Positions 40,868-54,656 are shown, counted from the first letter of the stretch. The stretch: 64,000 nucleotides of DNA from Lingula anatina (GCA_051362555.1 CM120644.1:7820954-7884953), one strand, 5' to 3'. Notes: a model not told the origin generated them from the letters alone. Numbers and translations: made by a program.

Positions 40868-41071
40868 CGTTTCACCCCTAAATTTTCGTTTTTTTTAATT
40901 ATTGATTGATTTTTTGATCCGGATCACCACCAAAAACTAATCATCTGTTCCTTGGCCCACTTCTGACAGTTCCTGAAAATTTCATCAAAATCGGTCCATA
41001 GCTTCTTGACTTATGTTGATGACACAAAAAACAAACAGGGGTGAAAACATAACCTCCTTGGCGGAGGTAAA
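40868..41071. mobile_element. Interspersed repeat ending in GAAAACATAACCTCCTTGGCGGAGGTAA (possibly Crypton-like non-autonomous element)
   Basis: Terminal short hairpin ACCTCCTTGGCGGAGGT and internal GATCCGGATCACCACCAAAA...TTTCATCAAAATC motifs recalled from widespread animal repeats; absent from the paralogous position near 52470. Family assignment is from memory only. Confidence 0.5.
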
Positions 41072-43385
41072 TAGGCCTATCGAGTTATTTCTTATATATG
41101 TATACAGTATGTATGACCCTGAGGCCTAACCCTATATATTGATTCAAAACGCGCGCGTACGCTTGGAAAGACAACCTAGATCAGCTTAAGTTACAGTTAC
41201 AGTTATAGCAGCACGTACGGGTCGAAAAGTTATTTGGGCACGGCTTGGATTTATGTAATGAATAATTAGGCAGGATTTCTCTCAGCAAAACTTTTACATG
41301 ATGTTTTAATTCTAACAGAGCTTCAAGTATCAGTGTCTTGCGACTCAATGACCACGTTTTCAAACCCTTAGGGAATATATGGAAACGTCAAAAACAAAAC
41401 AAGGGATCCCGCCTGTGTAGAATATAGGAATTGTGCGACCTAGCTACAGTATGTTCTTACACGTACGTACGCTTCACCCTGTAAGCACACGTTGTGACCT
41501 AGGATATAGCACTTCGCTGCTTTATATGATAATATTTAAATCATCTGTACGGGGTCGAGGCAGACTGTCGGCTTTAAAACCAACACAGACAAACAGCAAG
41601 TAATCTGTTTTTCAGCAGAACAGCCGCTTGTTGACTAGTTTTCGCCCTTAAGACACCCTGAAGTGCATAGTGCCAATTGAGGAGAACTGGGAAAACGTGA
41701 ATACATCGCCTGTTCGTGGTGGACTTCCAAGTCACAGAATACTTACAGGGTAAATAAAGAGTAAGTATACACACCAGTTAATGGTATATTTTTTTCAAGG
41801 GTGGGGGTAGGGGTAATTTGTAGCAAAGGGAGGTACCTTTAAATAGATCAATGGTCTATAAATACTTGAGTAGATATACGCTAGATCCTGGAGACGGAGA
41901 GGTTGGCCAGCTTACACAGAGGTACACTGACAAAGTTCAGTCAAGGTCAACAGCTCAGCTGGAGAAACAGAGGCCTTGAGCTTGATTTTTTATACATATC
42001 GTACGTCTTCTACTTTCAGGTGTACATGTATCAACAGATAGTTGTGACCGCGATAATCACTGAAATGTCGCCCATCTTAACATCTGGGATTGTATTTTTT
42101 AATGTGTAATTTTTTGTGTCGTTTCTTGAATACAGGTACTTTTAGTATAAAACGACGGACAGGGTGAGCACTCGAAAGGTCATGCCCTAAATACGCCACT
42201 TAACACTGTATGCCAAGGCCTATGTGACATTAGTGACAGACGCATCAATAATTACACAGGTACGCTGCGCGTTAAGTGACGCGTGACGGAGAGTGTTAAT
42301 AATGTTATGGAAAAAATAAATAATTGATTGTTAAAGTTAACTAGTATTTGCTGTTGTTCAGTAATAACAAAATTTGTTAAGCACACAGTGTATGCAATTT
42401 AGCTAATGGACAAGGTTGGCGCATTAAAAGTATGAGATCAAATAAACACACACAAAAAAAAGAGATTAAGATGAAATTAAGTTAGAAATAAACACATGCC
42501 TATAAAGGTTTATTCAAGTAAATGGGATTGAAGTATTCTGGAATCTTTCCTTCCTAATTTGTGCCACAAAAATCTCGATTGGTTTTTAGATCTTAATTTT
42601 GGAAAATCTGGTGGTTAAAAAATAATCCAACTTATCCTTGTCACCTTATGTTTTGAAAAAAGGAATTCCATAGTTCTGAAGTTTTTTAAAGTGATAAATT
42701 TTTAAAGCTTGCTTTAAGCTGGGCATGAATAAAAATTTCATGCGTATATGTCTAAAATTGTGGCCGCTATTGTGAAACAAAAAGTTGGCTGCAAACAATG
42801 AAACGAGCAGACAAAAGTAATTATAAAAACCAAAACATTTTTTTCCAATGTCAACGCTACATGTAGGACTTCCTTGTTTCTCCATTACTAAGTGCTTCAA
42901 AAATGGTCGATATGAAGTCACAGATGCCTTTTATGGTGCTCGAAAACAATTCTATTTTTAATTCCAAATTCCAGGCCTCATTAACGATGAAAGCCTTTAG
43001 CGATAGTAAGCCTTTCCTTTGTGATCATGAATAAACGACTCAAATAGCGGTATCATGGCGGTCGCTATTATCACATAAAAGAGCACAAACAATTTGGCTA
43101 GGTTTCGGGACTTATGCTGTATACACATTAGTTATTTTCCAAACCCAAACTAGTTTCAATACGGGAGTAATGAAGGTGTTATTATCATTATTATTATAAT
43201 TATAATCATTATTATTATTTTATCCATGATATTGCGGTTTAAGTCGTTAAATCAGCGTTCGCAATCACAAACCCAAGGTTTATGATCACGAACGGCTAGC
43301 TCGTTTACAAGGCCTTTATATCTTTGTTTGGATTTCTTTTCTTAATTGAAAATTCATTCAATTCCAGAATTTACCATATTGAGAT

Positions 43386-45108
43386 ATGGACCGCGTGGGG
43401 AAACTTTACTCCTATAAAACAAGTTACCACCATACCCCGATGTCGACTCCCACCGCCTACGTCACTCTACCGGAAGTGTTTGACTCCACCGCGGACCGAC
43501 TGCCCACCAAGACAGCCGCTGTGGTTTACCAGAGCAGGCAGCAGAGAGAATGTCTGACTTTTGCCGAACTTCAGGTATACCGGGTTTATACCTGTATCTG
43601 CTTTTAAATATTTAAAAATCTTTTTTGGGGGGATTTTTTTTAATTTTGTTTTTCCCAACAGTTATTTTTGTGAATTTTGACTATTTGTGAATTTGAGGGG
43701 CTAAATGTAGGTAGAAAAGCAGGGGTTTTCATTCAAACATTGACGAGGGGAGGGCTGTTTGGAAAACGACTACATTTTGTAGACTTGTGAAAATGATGAT
43801 GAAATGAATAACACCAAAATCAACAGTGAAAGCATTGCACGGGAAACGGTTGCAAAGAAAAATTTAATACTTGTTTTTATTTTCGAATATATTTCACTCT
43901 CTTGACATTGGAATAACATTGGAAAGCAGTGAATGTTTCTCTTTACTACAATGTATCACGTCTTGAAATCTTTTTTTTTTTTTTTTAGTATGTCATAAAA
44001 AAAGTTTAAAAAAAGGCCCCAAATAGTGAAGTTCTCCTTTGACTCACAAAGAATACTTCTTTACGATTTTTTAAAAATTGCCTTAATTGTTTTACAGAAA
44101 CAGTCCAAAACACTGGCTGCATCACTTTTGCAACGTGGGTATACATTTGGGTATCGTGTGGCTTTTTTCGCGCCAAACTGCATTGAATATTTTTCTGTTC
44201 AGCTGGCATTGAGTCGCATTGGCTGCAACACGTTTCTTCTCAGCAACTTGGCCACCCTTGAAGATGACGTTTGGCAATACAAATGCCGTGCTCTGATAAT
44301 GTACATAAGAACCGACGAAGAGGTGGATGTATGCAGAAAGATACTCGCCCGAAGATCACGTGAGAACGTGGATAGAGACGTCATCATCTTTGGTCCCAAA
44401 AATGACGTCATCACCTCTGGTCCAAAATATGAGGTCACCACGGAGGGTACCGTGACCCTCAGCAACGTCTTTTCAGCAGGAGAGGGACAGAACTGGGAGG
44501 ACCTCGTGGCAAAAATGGGATGGATGGCACCAAACCCGGAGGACCCACTTTGGGTCTTATTTACGTCTGGTTCCACTGGTAAACCCAAGGGAGTCCAGTA
44601 CACCCATACCAAGTATCTACACCAGTGTCCCTTCCTTGCCATGGCAAGTATCGGGGACGACAGCTGTTTCTTCAACGACCGCCCTGTTACCTGGCTTGGC
44701 GGTAGCATGACGTTGCTTAGTATGGCAGCGTTTGGAGCGACAGGAGTGACAGTGAATTCTGCTTTGGTGGTCGGTGGTGGAGACATGGATTTTGTCATAG
44801 AAATCCTTCAGCAGGAAAAGTGTTCGCATACATCAATGATGCATTATTTTATGGTTGATCTTTTCGCCCGTTTCGATCCCTCGGTTCATTCGGTGCCTTC
44901 TCTTCGGCACATTCTTACAGGGGGTCAAAGAATGAACCTGGATGTCATAAAGAAAATACAAGGCCTGTTGACTAACGTGGTAGATGTGGCAGAATGTTAC
45001 GGTATGATTACTCACAATCTCTCTCTCTGTTTCTACACATAGATTTGCTATTATTGTTTAATACGTTTATCTTTGAATAGCACTTCCCTTCCACGACACA
45101 TATACCCG

Positions 45109-45148
<40 letters not shown>

Positions 45149-45843
45149 AACTCTTTTGATGATTATTTCATGTTTATATACACTGTAGAAACACCAAGTA
45201 CAGAACTGTCTTAACTACAGGTACGGCCGAGGTGGGTTTGATGGCGGGCACCCTATGCAACCAGACTTACAATGGCCAAGACGGGGAAGAAATTTACGAA
45301 GGTACAGAAGTAAGAGTTTTGGACGAAAACCACCGAGACGTCCCTCGCGGAACCAGCGGCGAAATATGCGTGCGTTCGCCGACCATCTACTCCAATTGCT
45401 ACGTGGACAACGAGAGGGCCTCTCGAGAAGCGTTTGATGCAACTGGTTGGTTCTGTACTGGTGATATCGGTGTTATGAGCCTGAATGGTAGGATAACAAT
45501 CAGCGGACGTAAAGATGACATGATCAAACGAGCAACGCTTAAACTATTTCCTGCAGAAATCGAGGCAATCCTCAAGCAGAACCATGTCGTCAAAGATGTC
45601 GTTGTCATTGGCGCACCGGACGTCCGGCTGGGTGAGGAAATTTGCGCTTGCGTCATTCTCGATGAAGTGTCGTCACTGGCTGACGTTAAAGAGTGGTGTA
45701 AAGAAAAGTTCTCCATTGGACGTGACGGTTTATCTCTTGCACCGGCTTACTATGTTACTTTTTGCGAATTTCCTACCACAAGTAATGGGAAAACCAACCG
45801 AAAGTTGATCAAGCAAACGGCTTTGGAAAAGCTGCAATTATAG
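43386..45843 (+). CDS. ANL-superfamily adenylate-forming enzyme, copy 4, clade B, 571 aa
   Basis: Exons 43386-43574, 44098-45001, 45221-45843 (1716 nt); FTSGSTGKPKG, YGTAE, TGDIG, GRKDDMIK, PTTSNGK intact. Confidence 0.92.
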
Positions 45844-46295
45844 GCTTACTTTATCTAAGAGTGAATCATAAATGGTGCTAATTGCTTAAAGGAACAGAGG
45901 GCAAAATTTTAAAGCAATATATAGCAATAAGTAGATACCTAGTATTAGCCATGACGTTAAGCCCCTTGAGTTACAGTTTAAATATTTATCAAAACATCCT
46001 TACGTCATGTATAATTTACTATGACTGCATCACTACAAAATCTATCTGAACGCGGTATAAAATTAAATGACCCGGAACATACTTTATCATTTAGGGTTCT
46101 TTGCGTAATGTAAAGACTTTGTAAAAATTAACATTTGAATTTAAATTTAGACAGTCGTGATTTTTTGTTCTATACACATATATGTTTTAAAAAATTGATC
46201 AAAACTTTGAATTCATTCAATTTTATTTTTGAACACTTTGGCATGTGAAATGCACCTCATTATTGGGTTTGGGTGATATACATCATTACTAGGTA

Positions 46296-46488
46296 AGGAA
46301 ATATGACATGTCTCATGATACATGTAGATGATGTGTCCTCATTGGTTACATTAAAAGTTAGTAAAAAGTAAGTTTTCTGTCGGACTTGATGCTCTGTCAG
46401 TGGGTTATATGTGCATTTTTATATTTCAAACAACTACTGGGATAGACGTTTAGTGAAACAGACGGCACTGGAAATATTGAAAGTTTGA
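46296..46488 (+). pseudogene. Decayed 3' end of a clade A ANL enzyme
   Basis: tagatgatgtgtcctcattgg...ttttctgtcggacttgatg...agacgtttagtgaaacagacggcactggaaatattgaaagtttga matches the end of copy 2. Confidence 0.85.
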
Positions 46489-46525
46489 CTTTCATCTGCT
46501 AGTATTTTTGATAGGACACATGTCA

Positions 46526-46527
<2 letters not shown>

Positions 46528-46588
<61 letters not shown>
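46528..46588. repeat. (AT)n microsatellite
   Basis: About 30 uninterrupted AT units. Confidence 0.95.
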
Positions 46589-46592
<4 letters not shown>

Positions 46593-48789
46593 GTACGGGA
46601 GTTCGACGACAAGTTGATTGGGCATGGTATTTAATGCATAATTTTAAAGCAACATTATTCGCAAAAAAAAATTTGTAAGAAATTTCAATGTTTTTATGCT
46701 AACAGAACTTGAAGTACCAGTGTCAAGTGATTTTATGATCACGTTTTAAAACCCTAAGAGGATTACTGGAAACCCACAAGACAAAACAGGGGATCCCACC
46801 TGTGTAGAATACAGGGCTTACGCAACCTAGTTCAAAAAATATATGTTCTTACGTACTCTTCGTCCTATAAGCACAACATGTGGCTTATAATATAACATGT
46901 ACGCTGCTTTACATTATAATATTAAAATAATCTATACGGAGTCGAGGCAGACTGTCGGCTTCTAAACCAATAGAGACAAACAGCAAGTAATCTGCCGCTC
47001 AGTAAACCCGCCGCTTGTTGACTAGTTTTCGCCGTCAAGATACCCTGAAGTGCAAGGTGTCAACTGAGGAGAACTGCGGAGACCTGAATTAATCGTCTCT
47101 TCTTGGTGTACTTTCAAGTCGCAAGATACGTACAGGATAAAGAACGGGTAAGTATACACACCAGTTAAAGGTACAAGTATATTTTTCCAAAGGGTAGGGT
47201 TAGGGGTAATTCGTAGCAAATGCAGGTACCGTAAATTAAACCAATGCCCGGTGAATAATAATCTAGGCAATTGAGTAGATACACGCTAGGTCTTGGAGAC
47301 GGAGAGGTTGGCTCGGTTACCCAGAGGTACACACACAACATTGCGTCAAGTTTATAGGCTCAGCTGAATAAACAGAACTTGATTTAATTTATGTACATAT
47401 ATTATATGATGTCCTCTCCTCTTATTTCAGGTGTGCATGCATCCACAGATAATAATGCTTACGATAATCAATCCATCTTAATATCTGGGATATATATATA
47501 TATATTTTTTTTTTCATACAGGTAAAAGGGCGCACAGAGAGAGCGCTCTTACCTCATGCCCTAGATACGTGACCACTTACACAGACCGTACATATGCCAA
47601 GGCCTACGTAACATTAGTGTCAGACGCATCGATAATTACACACGCACACCGTGTATTAAGTAACGCAGTTGAAAAGAAAACGAAAAAAAATTAATAACGT
47701 ATTCTTGAGGTTAGGTGAAGGCTGAATGCAGCTTGTGGCAAAGGTAAAAGAAGAGGGGTGGTTATTGTTTTTTGACTGTGAACATGTAATAGAAGATTAG
47801 AAGATTAGCATAAAGATCAAATTAAGTTCAAAATAATCACAGACCTCTAAAAGTACATTAAAAAAGATGGATTAAAATTTTTATGGAATATTTCAGTCTT
47901 AATTTTCGCCACATAGATTCTGGGTTGGTTGTTAACTTTCTGTAAAATCTGGTGGATGAAAGGTAATCATACGTATCCTTGTCATTCGTACGTTCTGAAG
48001 GCAAGAATTCCATAGAGCATTGGCTTTCTCAAGTGACAATTCTTGCTAAAAAACAGGACATCAGGACATTAAAAAAAAAAAAGAACATCGCCAAATTATT
48101 CAACTGATAATTAAAACCAAACCCCTTTCTTCTAGTGCAAATGCCATTATGCCATTATTTCTCCATAACTATAAAAATGCGTTGTGCTTCAAAAAAATCA
48201 AACAATGTAGTCACAGATGCACTTTATGTTCCACGAAAACAATTTCCAATATACAAAATCCAGGCCTCACAAAGGTTAAAAGCTTTTGCCGACCCCGATC
48301 CTCTCTTTTGCGATCGCGCATACCGCGATATCATGGGGTGAACGTGTGGTCGCAAGCATTATCTAAGAGTACAAACAATTTGGCCAGCTTTCATCCTGGC
48401 CTCTAGGCAACATAATAACCAACTAGAGAAATGGTAATGCACCAATTGTATTGTATCGTCATTAGTATATCATATTGTACAAGGTCATGACAATCTATGT
48501 ACCAGTACAGAAATAAATTGAAATTGAAATTGCTAAGCTGTTTTAACACACGTGTTATTTTTCTCAACCCGAACTACCAGTACATATAATACGGCAATAA
48601 TGCAAGGGTGATTTTACGCCATGATATCGCGGTTTGAGTCGTTAAATCAACGTTCGCAATCACAAACCCAAGTCTTAAGATAACGAACAGCCAGTTCGTT
48701 TATAAGGCCTGCATATTTTCACTTATATTTTTTTTTCTAAATTGAAAATGCATTCAATTCCAGAATTAACCATATTACCATATTGAGAT

Positions 48790-51309
48790 ATGGACCGCGT
48801 GGGGAAATTTTACTCCTGTAAAACAAGTTACCACCATACCCCGATGTCGACTCCAAACGCCTACGTCACTCTTCCGGAAATCTTTGACTCCACCGCGGAC
48901 CGACTGCCCACCAAGACAGCCGCTGTGGTTTACCAGAGCAGGCAGCAGAGAGAATGTCTGATTTTTGCCGAACTTCAGGTATACCGGGCTCATTCCAGTA
49001 TATGCTTTTGATAATTTAATCTTTTTAAAATTTAATCTTCCTAACAGACATTTTCTGCGCATTTAGGCCACTTCGGGGGTTAGTTAGAGTAACAGGGTGT
49101 TTCAACCAAATGTTGACGTCGGTGATGTTGAAATGTAATACAAATAATGACTCAAATTGCTGTCAAGGGTCATCATTTTAACGTTTTGCCTTCTGCTCTC
49201 TGAAGAGGGGAAGATTGTCTGGGAAAGACTACACTTTGTAAGGCCCGTAGCCAGCAATTTTAGAGGGCGGGTTCGTTTTCTGAAAAAGTGGACCTTTTAC
49301 CATAAAATCCTCAAGTACATAGATCAAATTGTACCCAGAGTGGACCTTTTCCCAGCAAAAAGGGTGGTTCTTTCGAACCCCCCCGAACCCCCCTTAGCTA
49401 CGGGCCTGCTTTGTAGACAAATTGACGATAAACTGGTTAACCCCTAATTGATCAATAAACAAAAATTCTGCAAATGGCTGTAACCAAGAATAACCTAACA
49501 TTTCAGCCATTTAATGTCTCAGATCGTGACGCTCTCCACTAACTCACAAAGAATACCACTTAACGATGTATATTTTTAATTGTCCTTATTGTTTTGCAGA
49601 AACAGTCCAAAACATTGGCTGCTTCACTGCTGCAGCGTGGATATACTTTTGGGGATCGTGTGGCTTTTTTCGCGCCAAACTGCATTGAATATTTTTCTGT
49701 TCAGCTGGCACTGTGTCGTATTGGCTGCAACGCGTTTCTCCTCAGCAACTTGGCCACCCTTGAAGATGACGTTTGGCAATACAGATGCCGTGCTCTCATA
49801 ATGTACATAAGAACAGGCGAAGAGGTGGATGTTTGCAGAAAGATACTCACCCGAAAATCACGCGAGAACGTGGATAGAGACGTCATCATCTTTGGTCCCA
49901 AAATTGACGTAATCAGTTCTGGTCCAAAATTTGACGTTACCACGGAGGGCACTGTGACCCTCAGCAGCGTCTTTGCAGCGGGAGAGGGACAAAATTGGGA
50001 GGACATCGTGGTGAAAAAGGGATGGGTGGCACCAAACCCAGAGGACCCTCTTTGGGTCTTATTCACGTCGGATTCCACAGGTAAGCCCAAGGGAGTCCAG
50101 TATACCCATACCAAGTATCTACACCAGTGTCCCTTCCTTGCCATGGCGAGTATCGGGGACGACAGCTGTTTCTTCAACGACCGCCCTTTTACCGGGCTTG
50201 GCGGTAGCTTGACGTTGCTTAGTATGGCAGCGTTTGGAGCGACAGGAGTGACGGTGAATTCTGCTCTGGTGATTGGTGGTGGAGACATGGATTTTGTCAT
50301 GGAAATCCTGAAGAGAGAAGAATGTACGCATATTGTAATGATGCACTATTTAATGGTTGATCTTGTCGCCCTTTTCGATCCCTCGGTCCATTCTGTGCCT
50401 TCTCTCCGGTATATTCTGACAGGGGGTCAGAGAATGAAGTTGGATGTCATACAGAATATACTAGATCTGCTGACGAACGTGGAAGTTGTGGCAGAATGTT
50501 ACGGTACGATAACTTTCTCTCTCTCTCTTTGTTTCTACACATAAATTGGCTATGATTGCTTTATACGTGAATATTTGAGCAGTACCCCCTTCCCCAACAC
50601 AGACACGCGCACACGAATACACACGAACACTTTTGATGGTCTTTTAATGTTGAGAAACACTAACTAAAGAACTGTCTCAATAACAGGTACGACAGAGGTG
50701 GGTTTGATGGCGGGCACCCTATGCAACCAGGCATACAATAGCCAAGACGGGGAAGACATTTACGAAGGTACAGAAGTGAGAATCGTCGATGAAAACCATC
50801 GAGATGTCCCTCGCGGAACCAGCGGCGAAATCTGCGTGCGTTCGCCGACCATCTACGCCAATTGTTACGTGGACAACGAGAGAGCTTCTCGAGAAGCGTT
50901 TGATGCATCTGGCTGGTTTCGTACAGGTGATATCGGTGTTATGAGCTTGACTGGCAGGATAACAATTAGCGGGCGTAAAGATGACATGATCAAGCGAGCG
51001 AGTGATAAACTATTTCCTGCAGAAATCGAGGCAATCCTCAAACAACACCATGCTGTCAAAGATGTCGTCGTCATAGGCGCACCGGACGTCCGGTTGGGTG
51101 AGGAAATCTGCGCATGTGTCATTCTTGATGAGGCTTCTTCACTGGCTCACGTTAAAGAGTGGTGTAGAGAGAAGTTTCCTATTGGATTTGACGGCTTGTC
51201 TCTTGCGCCCGCTTACTATGTCACTTTTGGCGAATTTCCTACAACAATTTATGGGAAGACCAACCGAAGGTTGATCAAACAAACGGCTTTTGAAAAGCTG
51301 CAATTGTAG
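48790..51309 (+). CDS. ANL-superfamily adenylate-forming enzyme, copy 5, clade B, 571 aa (variant P-loop)
   Basis: Exons 48790-48978, 49600-50503, 50687-51309; open frame, but P-loop reads FTSDSTGKPKG and A4 region PFTGLGG. Confidence 0.9.
49241..49408. mobile_element. Short hAT-like MITE in intron 1 of copy 5
   Basis: TIRs AGGCCCGTAGC / GCTACGGGCCT; duplicated target CTTTGT(A); empty site AGACTACACTTTGTAGAC in copy 6 intron (~57463). Confidence 0.85.
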
Positions 51310-51778
51310 GATTACTGAATCTCTATAGCTGCATCTAAGAGTGAATATTAACTGGCGCTTTGTGCTTATAAAGGGATGGAGGGCAACATTTTTGTAGCAA
51401 GATATATATATATATACATATTTAGAAATCCAAAGAAACAGATATCGAAAATCAACCAGGTGCCCCCTCTCAAAATATTTTTTGATTTTGTACGTGAGAC
51501 GTTAAAAATGAAATACATTTTTGATAAAACACCCAAAATCCGAACAGCACAAGTTACCTCTGGAACTAAATTAACTATACAAGAATTGTAATGGAACAAA
51601 TTAATTCAGGTATTTTACAAACATGCGACTTGGAGACTATAAAGAATGTGTTTTATTATGTTATAATAAGAAATAAAGGAGTGAATGTTTTAAACCCGCC
51701 GCCATAGTAACGTTTACTTTTTCCTTATGTAAATCATTAGTAATGCCGCTGCTGTGGCTGGACCTCTAATCTGACTGA

Positions 51779-51887
51779 GGTGAGGAAATATGTGCATGCG
51801 TCAATCTAGATGGTGTGTCCTCATTGGCTGAGAAGTTTTCTGTCGGACCTGATGGCTTGTCAGTGGCGCCTGTGTTAAATTGTGCAG

Positions 51888-51918
<31 letters not shown>

Positions 51919-51991
51919 TTTCAAACAACTCCTAATGTGAAACTGAAAGACTTTAGTGAAACAGGCGGCATTGGAAAATTTGAAACTTTGA
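51779..51991 (+). pseudogene. Decayed 3' end of a clade A ANL enzyme
   Basis: ggtgaggaaatatgtgcatgcgtc...ttttctgtcggacctgatggc...tttagtgaaacaggcggcattggaaaatttgaaactttga matches GEEICACV...FSVGPDG...VKQAALE of copies 1/2, with deletions. Confidence 0.85.
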
Positions 51992-52676
51992 CTCTCATAT
52001 GTGGGTACTTCCGATGTGACACGTGTGTCATTTAAACCTTTTTGCTTTAATTTTGCTCAAATGTGTTTTTTATAAGGCTTTCTACACTAAAATGATGCCT
52101 GTTATAAGAGACGATAACCATGAACTTTATTTCCAAGGTATATTTGATAGGGATGCAAGACTATACTCAAATAAACTGTTCTACAGCTACAATTTCCCGC
52201 CTTAACACTGTAAAAAGGTATCAAATTTGTGCCTCAATCATATGATATTTTATCAGTACCAGTTGTTATATACATGTAATACACAATTCGTGTTGAAAGT
52301 GAATGCTAGCTATATAGCCTTTTGACTGTGCTATATTTTCCTGCAAGTTCTGTATTTGTCACATTGGTGAAACCTTATATAAGTCGATTTCATCTTTCTT
52401 TTTTATCACACGTATTTCAGAAGTATTTCATAAGTGGGAGATGGATCATTTGTATAGATGGCTTGTAGTGTAATATTGAAAAGAGAAATAGGTCCAACGA
52501 GTGATTTCTTATACATGTATTTATATGACCCTGAGGCCTAAAGTAATCTTATAGATTCATGATTCAAATACGCTGCGAAAGACAACCAAGGTCAAATGAA
52601 AGGTCTGTGACTACGATAAAAGTTTAACTACGTAAAATTATTAGGGACGGCGCTGACGCTGATATATATATATATA

Positions 52677-54342
52677 CAGCATTGGTCAAAAAGGTTGTCC
52701 CACCCCCATTTCCATGTACTTTTATTTACAAATGATCACCTAACAGCTGTGAACTGTTAGAAATAGTGCTTTTTATCACGGATACCGTGTCTAACATGAT
52801 TAATGGTTAAAAAAATACAAAATAGTGGTGAAAATATACATATTTTATACCATTTAGTAAAATTTATAAGAGGTACCCCCTCAAATCGACTGTTTCACTG
52901 TTACTTCTACAGATGTAAAGAAATGTCTATAAAATTGAAAAGGTGCCATCAAATGTCACCAAATTCACACACAATTAGCATTAGGGTGTGCTCGTTAAAG
53001 ATCACGTGCCTAACAGCGTGTGCGTCTACCGCGTACTGCAATTATCTCCTGTAGACGGAGCGACAAGCCTTCAACATGGGTAACAATTCTGTAATGTGGG
53101 ATATTGTCCCATTCATCCAAAAGAGCGTGGCGGAATTGGTCAAGATTATTTAGGAATTGGTTCTTCTCTGCAATGCACATTCCAATTTATGCCACAGGTG
53201 CTCAGTAGGATTAATATCAGGACTCAAAGACGGTTGTCCCATCCTCAGAGCCCTGTGTTTCTGCAACAAATCGTTTGCCAGACGAGAGCTGTGAGCAAGT
53301 GCGTCGTCACAATGAAGCCAGTAGTATCCCTGAAGTCACCTCTTGCAAATGGAGTGAGATTTCTGTTGAGAATGTTACATCAAAATGCCCCTGTTACGTT
53401 TTGTTCCAAAAGGAACAATGTACTAATACCATGGGCTTGGAATGTTCTCCAAATGCGGATTGATCTAACACCTCAGGCGATATTATCCTGCACACACCCT
53501 TCCAAGAGGCATTTTTAACAAGTCTATGGACCCTCTTTGACCATCGATGGGATACAAGAAATAATTTGATTCTGCATCAAAATCAACTTCCTTCCAGTGA
53601 TGGATGGCCAGGTTCAGGTGCCTGTGGGATCACTGAACGTAGCATTCTAAGCTGATATCTCATTCCATCTTCAAGAACTGACTTTGGGGTTAACTTCAGG
53701 CTTTATCATGACTGCACACTTGCTCACATCTCTCGCCTGGCAACTGTTTGTTGAAGAAACATAATGGTCTAAGGATGGAACCACCATCTTTGAGCCCTGA
53801 TATCAAACTTACGAATCAACTGTGACATGTATTGGAGTGTGCAATGCAAAGGAGAACCAACCCCATAAAAACGTGGACCAACTCCCCCAACTTGTTTAAG
53901 AAGAATGGGACAATATCCCACAAAACAGAATTGTAACCCATGTTGAAGGCTTGTCGCGCCGTCTACAGGAAATAATTGCAGTACGCGGTAGACGCACACG
54001 CTGTTAGGCACGTGATCTTTAATGAGCACACCCTAATGCTAATTGTGTGTGAATTTGGTGACATTTGATGGCGTCTTTTTAATTTTATAGTCATTTCTTT
54101 ACATCTTTAGAAGTCACAGTGAAACAGTCGATTTGAGGGGGTACCTCTTATAAATTTTACTAAATGGTATAAAATATGTATATTTTCACCACTATTTTGT
54201 ATTTTTTTAACCATTAATCATGTTAGACACGGTATACGTAATAAAAAAAACACTATTTCTAACAATTAACAGCTGTTAGGTGATCATTTGTAAATAAAAG
54301 TACATGGAAATGGGGGTGGGACAACCTTTTTGACCAATGCTG
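52677..54342. mobile_element. Palindromic Tc1-family derivative (two inverted transposase 3' halves)
   Basis: Termini CAGCATTGGTCAAAAAGGTTGTCCCACCCC and reverse complement, TA on both sides; ~700-bp inverted arms; left arm minus strand encodes DDALAHSSR...SLSPDINPTEHLW with 34 residues between D and E (DD34E), right arm carries the same motif on +. Confidence 0.88.
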
Positions 54343-54656
54343 TATGTCAGTTTTGGAGATATACCCGGTATGGGACGGAAAACTTGCAAAGTGCAGTTCA
54401 TCATGAAAAGTATAGGATAAACGGGGTCCTTTTGGACTGCTATTTTTGGATTGATTATATGAATGATTGCAATGAAATATGACTCCACGATACATGCCTA
54501 TGAATAAATGCTATCGGTAGGCCAATGATAGCAAACTCTTCTTTGCTTATTCTAAACCCATCGTCAGCAGCACAATAATGAGAATAAGAAACATAAATTG
54601 ACCTCGGGGTCAATCCAAAAATACCGATCCAATGGCACGGCTTCATTTCATAAAGC

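Noticed and set aside
53096-53518. 140-aa + strand ORF
   Set aside because: Antisense to the degenerate Tc1 transposase remnant.
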